Positions 33,098-42,992 of a stretch of 64,000 bases of DNA are shown in pieces (position 1 is the stretch's first letter; each line of letters starts with the position of its first letter). Under the pieces are notes generated by a model. It saw nothing but the letters and a program-made list of their open reading frames with translations. It was not told where the DNA came from and ran no database searches. The translations under genes and the position numbers were made by a program. The stretch is from Escherichia coli (GTDB lineage: Bacteria > Pseudomonadota > Gammaproteobacteria > Enterobacterales > Enterobacteriaceae), in NCBI RefSeq assembly GCF_003790525.1, contig NZ_CP033635.1, one strand, 5' to 3'.

Positions 33098-33450
33098 CCT
33101 GCACGCCTGGAAATTTCAAATGAAAGGCATATCTCTTTTACTTATTTCTGCCGCCATATATTTCCCCAAGTATAAAACATTTAACATTTCATCATAAAAG
33201 TTAAAATGTTTTATTCTCTGATAAAACGTGAACTGCATAACAAAATACAGAGAAACAAAGCCAAAAACGAATTAACGCAAACTTAAAACGAAAAATTATA
33301 ATTGTCGCCATCACTCTCCTTAACTAACCTCATTCCCACAACGTTGTTTAAATCATTAATAAATATGCATTAAGGAAAGTCAGTATGTATTTGCTTAGAA
33401 AATAAAAGCTTTTTTTCTGAGACAGGCATTCTTGTTCTGGAGAGAATATA

Positions 33451-34824
33451 ATGAGTTCCGTCATTGAAACTACTCAATCAACTTCATCCGATTCCTTACC
33501 TTTAATACAGCGGATTAGCTACGGCTCACTGGATGTTGCCGGTAATCTGCTCTACTGTTTTGGCTCTACCTACATTCTTTATTTCTACACCGACGTAGCA
33601 GGGATTAGTCTGGCGGTTGCAGGCATAATCCTACTGCTGGCGCGCATTGTAGACGGTATTGATGCGCCAGTGTGGGGAATCATTATCGATAAAACCCATT
33701 CGCGTTATGGAAAATGCCGTCCATGGTTTTTATGGTTACCATTACCTTTTGCTGTATTTAGTGCGCTTTCTTTCTGGTCACCCGATATCAGCATGACAGG
33801 GAAAGCTGTTTATGCAGCAATATCGTACATGTTAGCCAGCATTCTGTTCACTGGGTTGAATACACCATTAAGCGCTATATTACCGCTGATGACGCTGTCA
33901 CCAAAGGAACGCCTGGTATTAAACTCATATCGCATGACTGGTGGGCAAATTGGCGTACTATTAATGAATGCGACAGCATTGCCATTGGTCGCTTTCCTTG
34001 GTAATGGTAACGATAAAGCAGGCTTTATATATACTGCCATAGTCTTTGCCGTAATATCCTGTGCCTTAACGTTGTTTGCCTTTAAAAATATTCGCGAACT
34101 GGATACCGATAAAATACAGCAAGAACCACGACTGCCGATGAAAAAGAGTTTTTCGGCAATGAAAGGGAACTGGCCGTGGCTCCTGATGGTAGTGGCGAAC
34201 CTTATCTTCTGGATTGCCCTACAGCAGCGCAACACTACTATTGTTTACTATTTAACCTACAATCTGGATCGCAAAGATCTGGTCCCGCTGGTTAACAGCC
34301 TCGCCACCATTCAGATCCTGTTTATCATTGCCATTCCGTTCTTCAGTCGCTATCTCACCAAAACCTGGATTTGGATTACCGGGCTGCTGGTTGCGATGTT
34401 AGGCGGGGGCCTCATGTGGCTGGCTGCCGACAGCATCCCTTTGATGATCGCCGCCTGGGTACTCGCCAATATCGGCAGCGGTATCGCCTGTTCTATGCCT
34501 TTCGCGATGCTCGGTTTCGCCGTTGACTTTGGTCGCTGGAAAACCGGCATTAAAGCTACCGGCATTCTGATCGCCTTCGGCAGCACCTTCTGCATCAAGA
34601 TGGGCAGTGGTATCGGTACAGCTTTCGCTGCCTTTATTATGGACAGCTTTGGTTATATCCCCAACCAACAACAGACGGCTGCGGGGTTGGAAGGTATCAG
34701 CCTGGCATTTATCTGGGTCCCTGCGCTGCTCTTTGCTCTCGCGGCTGTACCACTGCTCTTCTTTCGCCAGTATGAAGCGATGGAAGGTCGTATCCAACAC
34801 GATCTGCAAGCCCACAATCGTTGA
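33451..34824 (+). CDS. Glycoside-pentoside-hexuronide (GPH) family cation symporter (MelB/YicJ/YihO-like), accessory
   Basis: 457 aa, 12-TM-like; N-terminal GPH signature YGSLDVAGN...YFYTDVAGISLAVAGIILLLARIVDGIDAPVWGIIIDKTHSRYGKCRPW; RBS GGAGAG upstream. Confidence 0.85.
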   Translation: MSSVIETTQSTSSDSLPLIQRISYGSLDVAGNLLYCFGSTYILYFYTDVAGISLAVAGIILLLARIVDGIDAPVWGIIIDKTHSRYGKCRPWFLWLPLPFAVFSALSFWSPDISMTGKAVYAAISYMLASILFTGLNTPLSAILPLMTLSPKERLVLNSYRMTGGQIGVLLMNATALPLVAFLGNGNDKAGFIYTAIVFAVISCALTLFAFKNIRELDTDKIQQEPRLPMKKSFSAMKGNWPWLLMVVANLIFWIALQQRNTTIVYYLTYNLDRKDLVPLVNSLATIQILFIIAIPFFSRYLTKTWIWITGLLVAMLGGGLMWLAADSIPLMIAAWVLANIGSGIACSMPFAMLGFAVDFGRWKTGIKATGILIAFGSTFCIKMGSGIGTAFAAFIMDSFGYIPNQQQTAAGLEGISLAFIWVPALLFALAAVPLLFFRQYEAMEGRIQHDLQAHNR

Positions 34825-34863
34825 ATTTAATCAACATGCCACTTGCTCCTGGGAGGAACAATT

Positions 34864-36903
34864 ATGTCGTTTATTAAGCAAGATCCCCACCGTCTGGTCT
34901 GGCAACAAGACGATCGTTATCTCTGGATTGAAGCCTGGGGCGAAAACAGCTTACGCGTGCGAAGCGGCCGCCATTTACCGGTAATGCGCAATGAAAACTG
35001 GGCGTTAACTCAGGATCCTGGCGATGCTGTCGCTCATATCACCTGGGATGAAAAACAGGCAACGCTGAGAAATGGTAAAATCACTGCCATCGTAAATCTT
35101 CAGGGCCAGCTCTCTTTCTGGCGTAATGATGATAAATGCCTGCTGCAAGAGTTCTGGCGTCAACGTGGCGAAATTGGTGAAGATGAGTCAGCACACGGCC
35201 AATATGTGAGCGCTCTTAATCTACAGGCCCGTGAATTCAAGCCTATTCCTGGCGGGAAATTTACGATTAAGGCACGATTTGAAGCCAACGATGGCGAGAA
35301 ACTCTTTGGCATGGGTCAGTATCAGCAACCAAACCTGGATTTAAAAGGTTGCATGCTGGAGCTGGCACAACGTAACTCGCAGGCTTCTGTTCCCTTCCTG
35401 CTATCAAATCAGGGTTATGGTTTTCTGTGGAATAACCCAGCAATTGGCCGCGTCACCTTCGCGCAAAACGGTACGGAATGGGTAGCAGAAGTCAGTGAAC
35501 AACTGGACTACTGGATCACTGCGGGCGATACTCCGGCTGAGATCAGTGAAGCCTATGCACGAGTAACCGGTACGCCACCGATGATGCCTGATTACGCAAT
35601 GGGGTTCTGGCAATGCAAGCTTCGCTATCGTAATCAACAAGAATTGTTAGAAGTCGCACGCGGCTACAAGCAACGCAATCTTCCGATCTCGGTGATTGTC
35701 ATCGATTTCTTCCATTGGCCGAATCAGGGTGACTGGATGTTCGATCTGCGTGACTGGCCCGATCCCGATGCGATGATCGCCGAATTAAAAGAAATGGGTA
35801 TCGAACTGATGGTTTCATTCTGGCCTACCGTAGATAACCGTACCGAGAGTTATCGGGAGATGAAAGAAAACGGCTGGCTAGTCCACACCGAGCGTGGTTT
35901 GCCTATCAATATGGATTTCCTTGGCAACACCACGTTCTTTGATGCGACACATCCTGGCGCACGGGAATATGTCTGGAACAAAGCCAAACGCAATTATTAC
36001 GATAAAGGCGTGAAACTGTTCTGGCTGGATGAAGCCGAGCCAGAGTTCGGTGTTTACGATTATGACAACTATCGTTACTACGCAGGGCCAGTGCTGGAAG
36101 TCGGTAATATCTATCCGCGTATGTACGCCAAAACGTTCTTCGATGGCATGCAGGCAGCCGGAGAAAAGCAGGTGATCAATTTGCTACGCTGCGCCTGGGC
36201 CGGTAGTCAGAAATATGGTGCCCTGGTGTGGTCAGGCGATATCCACTCCTCCTTCCGTTCTCTGCGCAATCAGTTTGCTGCGGGGCTGAACATGGGAATT
36301 GCCGGGATCCCGTGGTGGACGACGGATATTGGCGGTTTCCACGGTGGCAACATACATGATCCAAAATTTCATGAACTGCTTATTCGCTGGTTCCAGTGGG
36401 GGGTATTCAGCCCAGTAATGCGTTTACATGGCAACCGCGACCCGCAAGTTTTGCCTGAACAACCCTATCGTGATGGCATCGCACAATGTCCGACTGGCGC
36501 GCCGAATGAAGTCTGGAGCTATGGTGAAGAAACCGGTGAAATTCTCACTTCCTGCCTGCAGTTGCGTGAGAAGCTGAAACCTTATATCAGTAAAATTATG
36601 GCTGAGACGCACGAGAAGAACAGCCCGGTAATGCGCACGATGTTCTTTGAGTTTCCAGACCAGGCAGAAAGCTGGAATATTTATGATCAGTACTGCTTTG
36701 GCCCGGACCTTCTCGTTGCCCCTGTAATGCACGAAGGTACACGTTCACGTGATGTCTGGTTGCCTGCCGGAGAGACATGGATCGATTTTTATACCCATGA
36801 ACACTACGCGGGTGGGCAAAAGCTTCATCATTGCGCGCCGCTGCACCAGATACCGGTATTCATTCGTGAGAAAGGGAAATATCGCCAGTTATTACCCGTT
36901 TAA
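34864..36903 (+). CDS. Glycoside hydrolase family 31 enzyme (alpha-xylosidase/alpha-glucosidase/sulfoquinovosidase-like), accessory
   Basis: Track ORF trimmed to ATG at 34864 (RBS GGGAGG); 679 aa; GH31-like motifs around FWLDEAEPE (putative nucleophile Asp) and WSGDIHS (putative acid/base Asp); paired with GPH transporter as in yicJI / yihOPQ. Confidence 0.8.
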   Translation: MSFIKQDPHRLVWQQDDRYLWIEAWGENSLRVRSGRHLPVMRNENWALTQDPGDAVAHITWDEKQATLRNGKITAIVNLQGQLSFWRNDDKCLLQEFWRQRGEIGEDESAHGQYVSALNLQAREFKPIPGGKFTIKARFEANDGEKLFGMGQYQQPNLDLKGCMLELAQRNSQASVPFLLSNQGYGFLWNNPAIGRVTFAQNGTEWVAEVSEQLDYWITAGDTPAEISEAYARVTGTPPMMPDYAMGFWQCKLRYRNQQELLEVARGYKQRNLPISVIVIDFFHWPNQGDWMFDLRDWPDPDAMIAELKEMGIELMVSFWPTVDNRTESYREMKENGWLVHTERGLPINMDFLGNTTFFDATHPGAREYVWNKAKRNYYDKGVKLFWLDEAEPEFGVYDYDNYRYYAGPVLEVGNIYPRMYAKTFFDGMQAAGEKQVINLLRCAWAGSQKYGALVWSGDIHSSFRSLRNQFAAGLNMGIAGIPWWTTDIGGFHGGNIHDPKFHELLIRWFQWGVFSPVMRLHGNRDPQVLPEQPYRDGIAQCPTGAPNEVWSYGEETGEILTSCLQLREKLKPYISKIMAETHEKNSPVMRTMFFEFPDQAESWNIYDQYCFGPDLLVAPVMHEGTRSRDVWLPAGETWIDFYTHEHYAGGQKLHHCAPLHQIPVFIREKGKYRQLLPV

Positions 36904-36924
36904 AGGACATCGTTTGTTCATTAG

Positions 36925-36949
36925 CACGCCCCGTATATAGCGGGGCGTG
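36925..36949. terminator. Bidirectional hairpin between the GH31 gene and nhaR
   Basis: cacgccccgtatatagcggggcgtg perfect stem-loop between convergent genes. Confidence 0.5.
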
Positions 36950-36960
36950 AGTTTTAATAT

Positions 36961-37866
36961 CTATCGTGAGGCGGGAGAAAACAACGAAGAATAATCCGTA
37001 TTGCAGATTCGCTGTACCGCCGGGTGCTGAATCATCCGCTCAGCAAAAATAGCATGGTACTCTTCCATCACATTTTCGACGCGACCAATTTCTACGACAG
37101 TTTTATCGGCATAAAAGTCATATGCATAAAGCGTTGGGGCAACGAAGATTGCATTGTGCATCGCACCAAAAGCTTTCATCAACGCGGCATCATCAAACTC
37201 GCCGAGGATTTCTACGTTTAATCCCTGGGAGTTAAACCAGTTAAGCAATTTGCGCCCTAACATTGAACGTCGCCCAGGAATCAAAAGCCGCCGTTCTTCC
37301 AGACAAGCCGGGAACGGTTTTTCCGGTGGTGGATTTGTACACCAGAAACTCACGCCACATTCGCCAATTCTCACGGAGAACAGACCTTCCTGCTGCGTAG
37401 AATCTATCGGACAGTCGGAAATGATCATATCCAGTTTATGCTGACTTAATTGCTCCAGCAGCATTTCGTGGGTGGATTCGAAGCAGCGAAGATGAATCGG
37501 CTCGCCTTCTACCACTGCGGCGTTAAGTACGCTACTGACCAGGCGTTTAGAAAGTGCATCAGCCACGCCAACGTCAAACAATAAATTGGATTCTTTGCGA
37601 TAGTTCACGATATCCAGCATTTCCTGGCTTAAGGTGAACATTTTATCGGCATAGCGATAGACCAGCTCTCCCAGCTCGCTGGGCTCGAGGCCACGTCCCT
37701 TGCGCTTAAATAATTTGCCTTGCAGGCGCTCTTCCAGCGCCCGAATCTGTCCGGTAATGGTTTGTGGTGTTAAATAAAGCGCCTCCGCTGCGCCAACCAC
37801 GGAACCTTCTTTATAGACATGCCAGAAGTAATACAAGTGGTTGTAATTGATATGAGACATGCTCAT
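36961..37866 (-). CDS. nhaR: LysR-family transcriptional activator NhaR
   Basis: Track ORF trimmed to [45 protein letters not shown]..., 301 aa. Confidence 0.95.
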   Translation of the reverse strand: MSMSHINYNHLYYFWHVYKEGSVVGAAEALYLTPQTITGQIRALEERLQGKLFKRKGRGLEPSELGELVYRYADKMFTLSQEMLDIVNYRKESNLLFDVGVADALSKRLVSSVLNAAVVEGEPIHLRCFESTHEMLLEQLSQHKLDMIISDCPIDSTQQEGLFSVRIGECGVSFWCTNPPPEKPFPACLEERRLLIPGRRSMLGRKLLNWFNSQGLNVEILGEFDDAALMKAFGAMHNAIFVAPTLYAYDFYADKTVVEIGRVENVMEEYHAIFAERMIQHPAVQRICNTDYSSLFSPASR

Positions 37867-37925
37867 TTCTCTCCCTGATAACAATGAAAAGGGAGCCGTT
37901 TATGGCTCCCCGGTAAACCGTCCTG

Positions 37926-39092
37926 TCAAACTGATGGACGCAAACGAACGCGTAACCAGCTGTATCCAATTACCGCCGAAGAGATAGAACCGACCAGGAT
38001 ACCGAGTTTCGCCCAGTTAATCAGTTCTGGATCTACGCTACCAAAGGCAAGGCTGGCAATAAAGATAGACATAGTAAAACCGATACCGCATAGGATCCCC
38101 ACCGCCATAATTTGCTGATAAGTCGTTCCCTCAGGCAGATGCGCCAGTTTCAAACGCAGCGCCAACCAGCAGAACAGACTAATACCCAGTGGCTTGCCAA
38201 TCAGCAAACCGGCGATGATCCCTAATGGCAGAATGGAGGTCAGGCCATCCAGCGTCACGCCTTGCAGAGATACCCCCGCATTGGCAAACGCAAACAACGG
38301 CAAAATCAGATATGCCACCCACGGATGCAAAACATGCTCCAGACGTTTAGCCGGAGAGCGCCCATGCTTCTCTTTTAACGGAATAAAGAAGCCGACAATG
38401 ACGCCAGCCAGCGTTGCATGGACACCTGATTTCAACACCGCTGTCCACAGTACCACGCCAACCAGAATATAAACGCCCGTGCGACGAACACCACAGATAT
38501 TCAGTACCGCGAGTACGGCAATCGCTACTGCCGCAACGCCGAGAGACGCCATCGATAAGTCATTAGTGTAGAACAATGCGATGATAATGATGGCCCCAAG
38601 ATCGTCGATAATAGCCAGAGCCATCAAAAAGATCTTCAGCGCTAACGGAACACGACTTCCCAACAGCGCCAGCACACCAAGTGCAAAGGCAATGTCAGTA
38701 GCCGCCGGGATCGCCCACCCTTCGCGGGTAATCGGATCGGCATAGTTAAAGGCCAGATAGAGCAATGCCGGCACAATCATCCCACCAATAGCGGCGATAA
38801 CTGGAAATGCGGCCTGGCGTAAGCTGGCTAGCGATCCTTGCATCAGTTCACGTTTAACTTCCAGACCGACTAACAGGAAAAATACCGCCATCAGCGCGTC
38901 ATTTATCCATAACAGCATGTTTTTGTTGATTTCGAGTGAACCAACCCGGAGCTGAACCGGCGTCTCCAGAAAGTCGTGATACCATCCACTGGTTGCGCCG
39001 CTATTGGCCATAATCATCGCCAGGATAGCGGCAATGATAAGAATAATGCCTCCCGAGGCATCACTGCTAAAGAATCGATGCAGATGTTTCAC
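37926..39092 (-). CDS. nhaA: Na+/H+ antiporter NhaA
   Basis: 388 aa [48 protein letters not shown]... Confidence 0.97.
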   Translation of the reverse strand: MKHLHRFFSSDASGGIILIIAAILAMIMANSGATSGWYHDFLETPVQLRVGSLEINKNMLLWINDALMAVFFLLVGLEVKRELMQGSLASLRQAAFPVIAAIGGMIVPALLYLAFNYADPITREGWAIPAATDIAFALGVLALLGSRVPLALKIFLMALAIIDDLGAIIIIALFYTNDLSMASLGVAAVAIAVLAVLNICGVRRTGVYILVGVVLWTAVLKSGVHATLAGVIVGFFIPLKEKHGRSPAKRLEHVLHPWVAYLILPLFAFANAGVSLQGVTLDGLTSILPLGIIAGLLIGKPLGISLFCWLALRLKLAHLPEGTTYQQIMAVGILCGIGFTMSIFIASLAFGSVDPELINWAKLGILVGSISSAVIGYSWLRVRLRPSV

Positions 39093-39343
39093 TTTTTATT
39101 TCTCTTTCAGGTGAATAGATCGTTTTTACTATTTTACCCCGCACGAATCATCGTTAAAATCAGATTATAGTGTAGGAATAATTCGTTTTTTACGAACCAT
39201 TGAAGGATTTGTGCCATCAGCGATGAGATGATTTTTTGACGGCTGTAAGCGCTCACGAGTGACCCTAAGCCCTGATAATCATAGCTTAAGGTGAGGATTT
39301 CTGAGGGATTAATTAGGAAAAGTAATAATAAAATCGCACTGTG

Positions 39344-40588
39344 CTATAGCTGTTTATTCCAGAGATGCTTGAAAATATCTAATGTGGAGACAACATTGGC
39401 AGGCGACATTCGGTTTAATGAGGATAGAAAGGGATGAGACTCCAGGAAGTTGATAAAACGAGTCGCGCTTGCTAACGTCGAATACCGCATTTCATTTGCT
39501 TTCTTGTTTCCTGTAAGGTTACAAACAGCCATTGAATAATCACGGGCGGAAAATGTACGCCAAACATTATTTCTCACGCCACCACTCAAAAACAACCGCG
39601 GCGGCGTATCATAATGAGTCGTTTTCTCGCCGCGTTCTTTCACAAATGAAATATGGCACCGGCCTTGATGAATATGCTGTAAATTAGCCATCAGACAACC
39701 ACCTAATATAAAGCACTCGTGATCAAGGTAGTGTTGAATATTTATAGAATATGCTTCAGTCAGTGCTCTAACCAGTTCAAAATGGCGATACGCCGGAAGA
39801 ACCGGTTTCACCAACATCCCCGGATCGTTTTGATGTAATATCGCCCGACCATAATCAATATCAAATAAGGTATCACGCCGCATAGTAAGTAACTCCTTGC
39901 GTTGTACGTGATGCGCCAGTGTACCTGGAGACAAACGCTCTTCATAACTTGATGCATATTGATAATGCGACTCTACCGCTGATGGAGAATAATTTGTTGA
40001 AATAGCGACGACTCTACCGCTTTGTTCTTCTGCGGTAACAAGGCTATAAAGATAGTTATTACTACCGTTAAACTTTACGCGAAAAGCGCGGGTAGATAGA
40101 GAAATATCAGAAGCAGAAGAGTATTGGTAACTTTCTTTATAGTTTACTTCCCGGGCTAGTTTCATCAACTCACGGTTAAGCCCTGTGCTATTAAGAAGTA
40201 ATAATTTACGGATATCTGCAAGTGAAGCGCCTTGATCAATCATCAATGCTAAATGTGTTCTTCGCGGCGTTGTATTTACATGATCCAGAGTGATAAAAGT
40301 TCTGGAACAATGATGACAATACATTCTCCTCTGCCCCTGAGCTGAATAGCCATACTTTTTCAGAGATGTGCTTCCGCAAGCTGAACATTGTGGAACCAAC
40401 CCTCTCCATGAATGATTAACACGATTACGATAAATATTAAGAGATCGTTCAGATATCACAGGAAACAAGTAACCGCATTCCCGACATAAAATATTTTTTC
40501 CTTGTGCAATATAATCCTGGCTATTCAACAACCCCAGGTTTTTGCATCCTGGTGTTTTGCAACAATCAACATTTACGTTGGTAAACAT
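39344..40588 (-). CDS. Hypothetical protein with two N-terminal CxxC...CxxC zinc-ribbon motifs (IS1 InsA / transposase-type zinc finger-like), accessory
   Basis: Track ORF 39344-40624; preferred start at internal ATG 40588 preceded by AGGGAG RBS; motifs CKNLG...CRECG and CSACGSTSLKKYGYSAQGQRRMYCHHCSRTF resemble InsA CPSCSATDG...GHQRYLCSHCRKTW; very AT-rich. Confidence 0.6.
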   Translation of the reverse strand: MFTNVNVDCCKTPGCKNLGLLNSQDYIAQGKNILCRECGYLFPVISERSLNIYRNRVNHSWRGLVPQCSACGSTSLKKYGYSAQGQRRMYCHHCSRTFITLDHVNTTPRRTHLALMIDQGASLADIRKLLLLNSTGLNRELMKLAREVNYKESYQYSSASDISLSTRAFRVKFNGSNNYLYSLVTAEEQSGRVVAISTNYSPSAVESHYQYASSYEERLSPGTLAHHVQRKELLTMRRDTLFDIDYGRAILHQNDPGMLVKPVLPAYRHFELVRALTEAYSINIQHYLDHECFILGGCLMANLQHIHQGRCHISFVKERGEKTTHYDTPPRLFLSGGVRNNVWRTFSARDYSMAVCNLTGNKKANEMRYSTLASATRFINFLESHPFLSSLNRMSPANVVSTLDIFKHLWNKQL

Positions 40589-40717
40589 ATTCACTCCCTG
40601 CGAATACCCGGATATTATCGTCATATGTCAAAGAAAAGAACCTGACTCAATGTGTAACATTGAATCAGGCGGGCATGGCCCTGAAAGGCATACATTACAT
40701 TTATTATGGTTATCAGA

Positions 40718-42211
40718 TTAGCCCCAGGTTACCGCTTCCGGTTTATCACCTCTGGCTTTCATTAATGAATCATTATCAATATCGGCTTTATACTTTAAGA
40801 ACTTACCATACATTTGTTTTTCAATGTCTGGATTTTTACCTATCTGATTAATGGTCTCAAAACGATCGGTTTTGAGGTTGTATAGGTACTTTGGCTTATT
40901 GTTACGATCGATGATCATTTTCCAGTCACCATCACGTATCGCCCATTCGTCGGTTGGATCATCCTGGAATGGCATGTCAATTCCGAAGATTAATGGCTTT
41001 TCACGTTTTAGCGCTTTGTTCTCAAGGACAGGAACCAACGATTCGCCATCAAAAGTCCGGTCCGTCGGTAATTTGAAGTTCATCATTTTCGCCAGCGTAG
41101 GCATCCAGTCCAGACCATAAACAGGCGTATCTGAAACCATTCCCTTTGGAAGATGCTTTCCGTATTTAATAATCGCCGGAACACGGATGCCACCTTCCCA
41201 GAGATTATCCTTGCGACCACGTAATCCATCAGTTTCCCCTGCCAAATTCAGTTCATAAACTTTGCGCGCTTCACGCGTTACTGGTCCGTTATCACTGGTA
41301 AAAATAACGATGGTGTTATCTTCTTCACCCATCGCTTTGATTTTATCCAGTACTTTTCCAACCTGAGCATCCAGATAACTGATGTTGGCATAATATTCTC
41401 CTGTACCACGCCAGGGTTTATCCGCCCAGTCGCCATAAAATAAATCAGGATGCTGCTTCTGATAGTCGCTCATATATTGTGAGTACATGTCGAGGTATTT
41501 TTTGGGCGAAGCCAGGGGACTGTGCACTTCGGTAAAAGCGACATAAAGGAAGAAAGGCTTACTGTCCTTTTTGTTATCCAACCAGTTGACGACTTCCGAA
41601 CTGACATACTCACCACTCATTTTATCGGAACGTGGTGTGGGTTGCCCGTTACGCAACCAGCCCGTTGGATAGACCATGCCAAAACGGGGACGCTCCTTCG
41701 CATTATCCAGAGTAGCGTCGGTAACAAAACCCGCCGTATTAACCAGTGAGTAATCAAAGCCCATATCTTTTGCCTGCGGCTGATCGGTGCGATCGCCGCC
41801 TGCATTCAGATGCAGCTTACCCATCATGGCCGTGTCGTACCCTTGCGCTTTGAGTAGATTAGCAATCGTGAGTTCATTACGCCCTAATGCCACATCTTTT
41901 CCCGTTGGGATCCATGAGCGTATGCCGGTACGAAATGGCATCCGCCCTGTTAATAGTCCCGCCCGTGAAGGAGAACTTAAGGGGGCAGGTGCATAATAGT
42001 CGGTAAATTTGACGCCTTCCTGGGCAAGCCTGTCTATATTGGGCGTTTTAACGATCTGATGTCCATATGTTGCCAAATCACCATAGCCTAAATCATCCGC
42101 CATAATGATGACTAAATTGGGTTGTTTAGTTTCGGCGGCTACGGCTGGATTAAAAGCATTCCCTGTGCAAACTGCAAGGCCGATCAAACTGGCCATTAAT
42201 GTTTTCTGCAT
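40718..42211 (-). CDS. Secreted Ser-type sulfatase (arylsulfatase A family), accessory
   Basis: Track ORF trimmed to MQKTLMASLIGLAVCTGNAFNPAVAA (signal peptide); IIMADDLGYGDL and sulfatase signature LSSPSRAGLLTGR with Ser in place of the formylglycine-precursor Cys. Confidence 0.85.
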   Translation of the reverse strand: MQKTLMASLIGLAVCTGNAFNPAVAAETKQPNLVIIMADDLGYGDLATYGHQIVKTPNIDRLAQEGVKFTDYYAPAPLSSPSRAGLLTGRMPFRTGIRSWIPTGKDVALGRNELTIANLLKAQGYDTAMMGKLHLNAGGDRTDQPQAKDMGFDYSLVNTAGFVTDATLDNAKERPRFGMVYPTGWLRNGQPTPRSDKMSGEYVSSEVVNWLDNKKDSKPFFLYVAFTEVHSPLASPKKYLDMYSQYMSDYQKQHPDLFYGDWADKPWRGTGEYYANISYLDAQVGKVLDKIKAMGEEDNTIVIFTSDNGPVTREARKVYELNLAGETDGLRGRKDNLWEGGIRVPAIIKYGKHLPKGMVSDTPVYGLDWMPTLAKMMNFKLPTDRTFDGESLVPVLENKALKREKPLIFGIDMPFQDDPTDEWAIRDGDWKMIIDRNNKPKYLYNLKTDRFETINQIGKNPDIEKQMYGKFLKYKADIDNDSLMKARGDKPEAVTWG

Positions 42212-42230
42212 AATTATTCCCTGATGAAAA

Positions 42231-42992
42231 TTAGAAATCATAACCAAGCATATAAATCATTTGATCGCCAAAACCATCGTAGCCCAACTTATTATCGAAA
42301 TAACGCCACGTCACACTGGCTTTCCAGCGAGGATAGAACTTCCAGGCCACTGTTAAACCGCCATTTAGCCCATTCCGACCAAATTGTTGTTCCGCATAGG
42401 CATCATTTCTGTCCAGTTCTATTTCATTCCAGTTAGATAAAACAAATTTTTCGTCAAATAACGTAAAAGGTAATACTGCTGTCCAGCCAACAACATAACC
42501 ATTCCAGCCATTTGTTTGTCCATATTTGGCTGAGACGTAGTCTCCAGATTGATTATGTAATCCAATATACGGTTTAAAAAACCCCCATGAACCATTCCAG
42601 CCGAGGTAGCCCAAACCATAAAACATATCAAGATCGTCACCCCATGAGTTATCCCATTGACCATAGATCTTGCCAAAGAAAGTCATATTGGAGTCAAAGA
42701 GTCTGACATGTGTCATAGCAGAAACGGTATGATTACGCCCCGCTACGGCATGGTTAAGCACATTGCTTTCATAAAATGAGTAAAACTCGGCTTCTTTAAA
42801 ATTCACACCAAAGTCTGCAGTCACTTTCCATACTTCACCACGATGAGTGTTAACGAAGCCACTATTCCAGTCAGCATAACCTGCATTTATTGAGCCAAAG
42901 GAACCTTTATATTCTAATGAAGAATATGCAGGAAGGTGATAGAAAATCGTTGTCAGGGCACACGCAATAAGAAGCCGTCTTTTGGCAGACAT
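42231..42992 (-). CDS. Tsx-family outer membrane channel protein, accessory
   Basis: 253 aa with signal peptide, aromatic-rich beta-barrel-like sequence ending ...MIYMLGYDF (compare Tsx C-terminus ...VVGYNF); RBS GGAGAG; 19 nt upstream of sulfatase gene. Confidence 0.7.
   Translation of the reverse strand: MSAKRRLLIACALTTIFYHLPAYSSLEYKGSFGSINAGYADWNSGFVNTHRGEVWKVTADFGVNFKEAEFYSFYESNVLNHAVAGRNHTVSAMTHVRLFDSNMTFFGKIYGQWDNSWGDDLDMFYGLGYLGWNGSWGFFKPYIGLHNQSGDYVSAKYGQTNGWNGYVVGWTAVLPFTLFDEKFVLSNWNEIELDRNDAYAEQQFGRNGLNGGLTVAWKFYPRWKASVTWRYFDNKLGYDGFGDQMIYMLGYDF

Noticed and set aside
39200-40720. The zinc-ribbon protein gene as an intact insertion sequence
   Set aside because: I could not find terminal inverted repeats or a target-site duplication flanking the gene, and the protein is longer than IS1-type transposases; kept as a gene of unknown function rather than a mobile_element.
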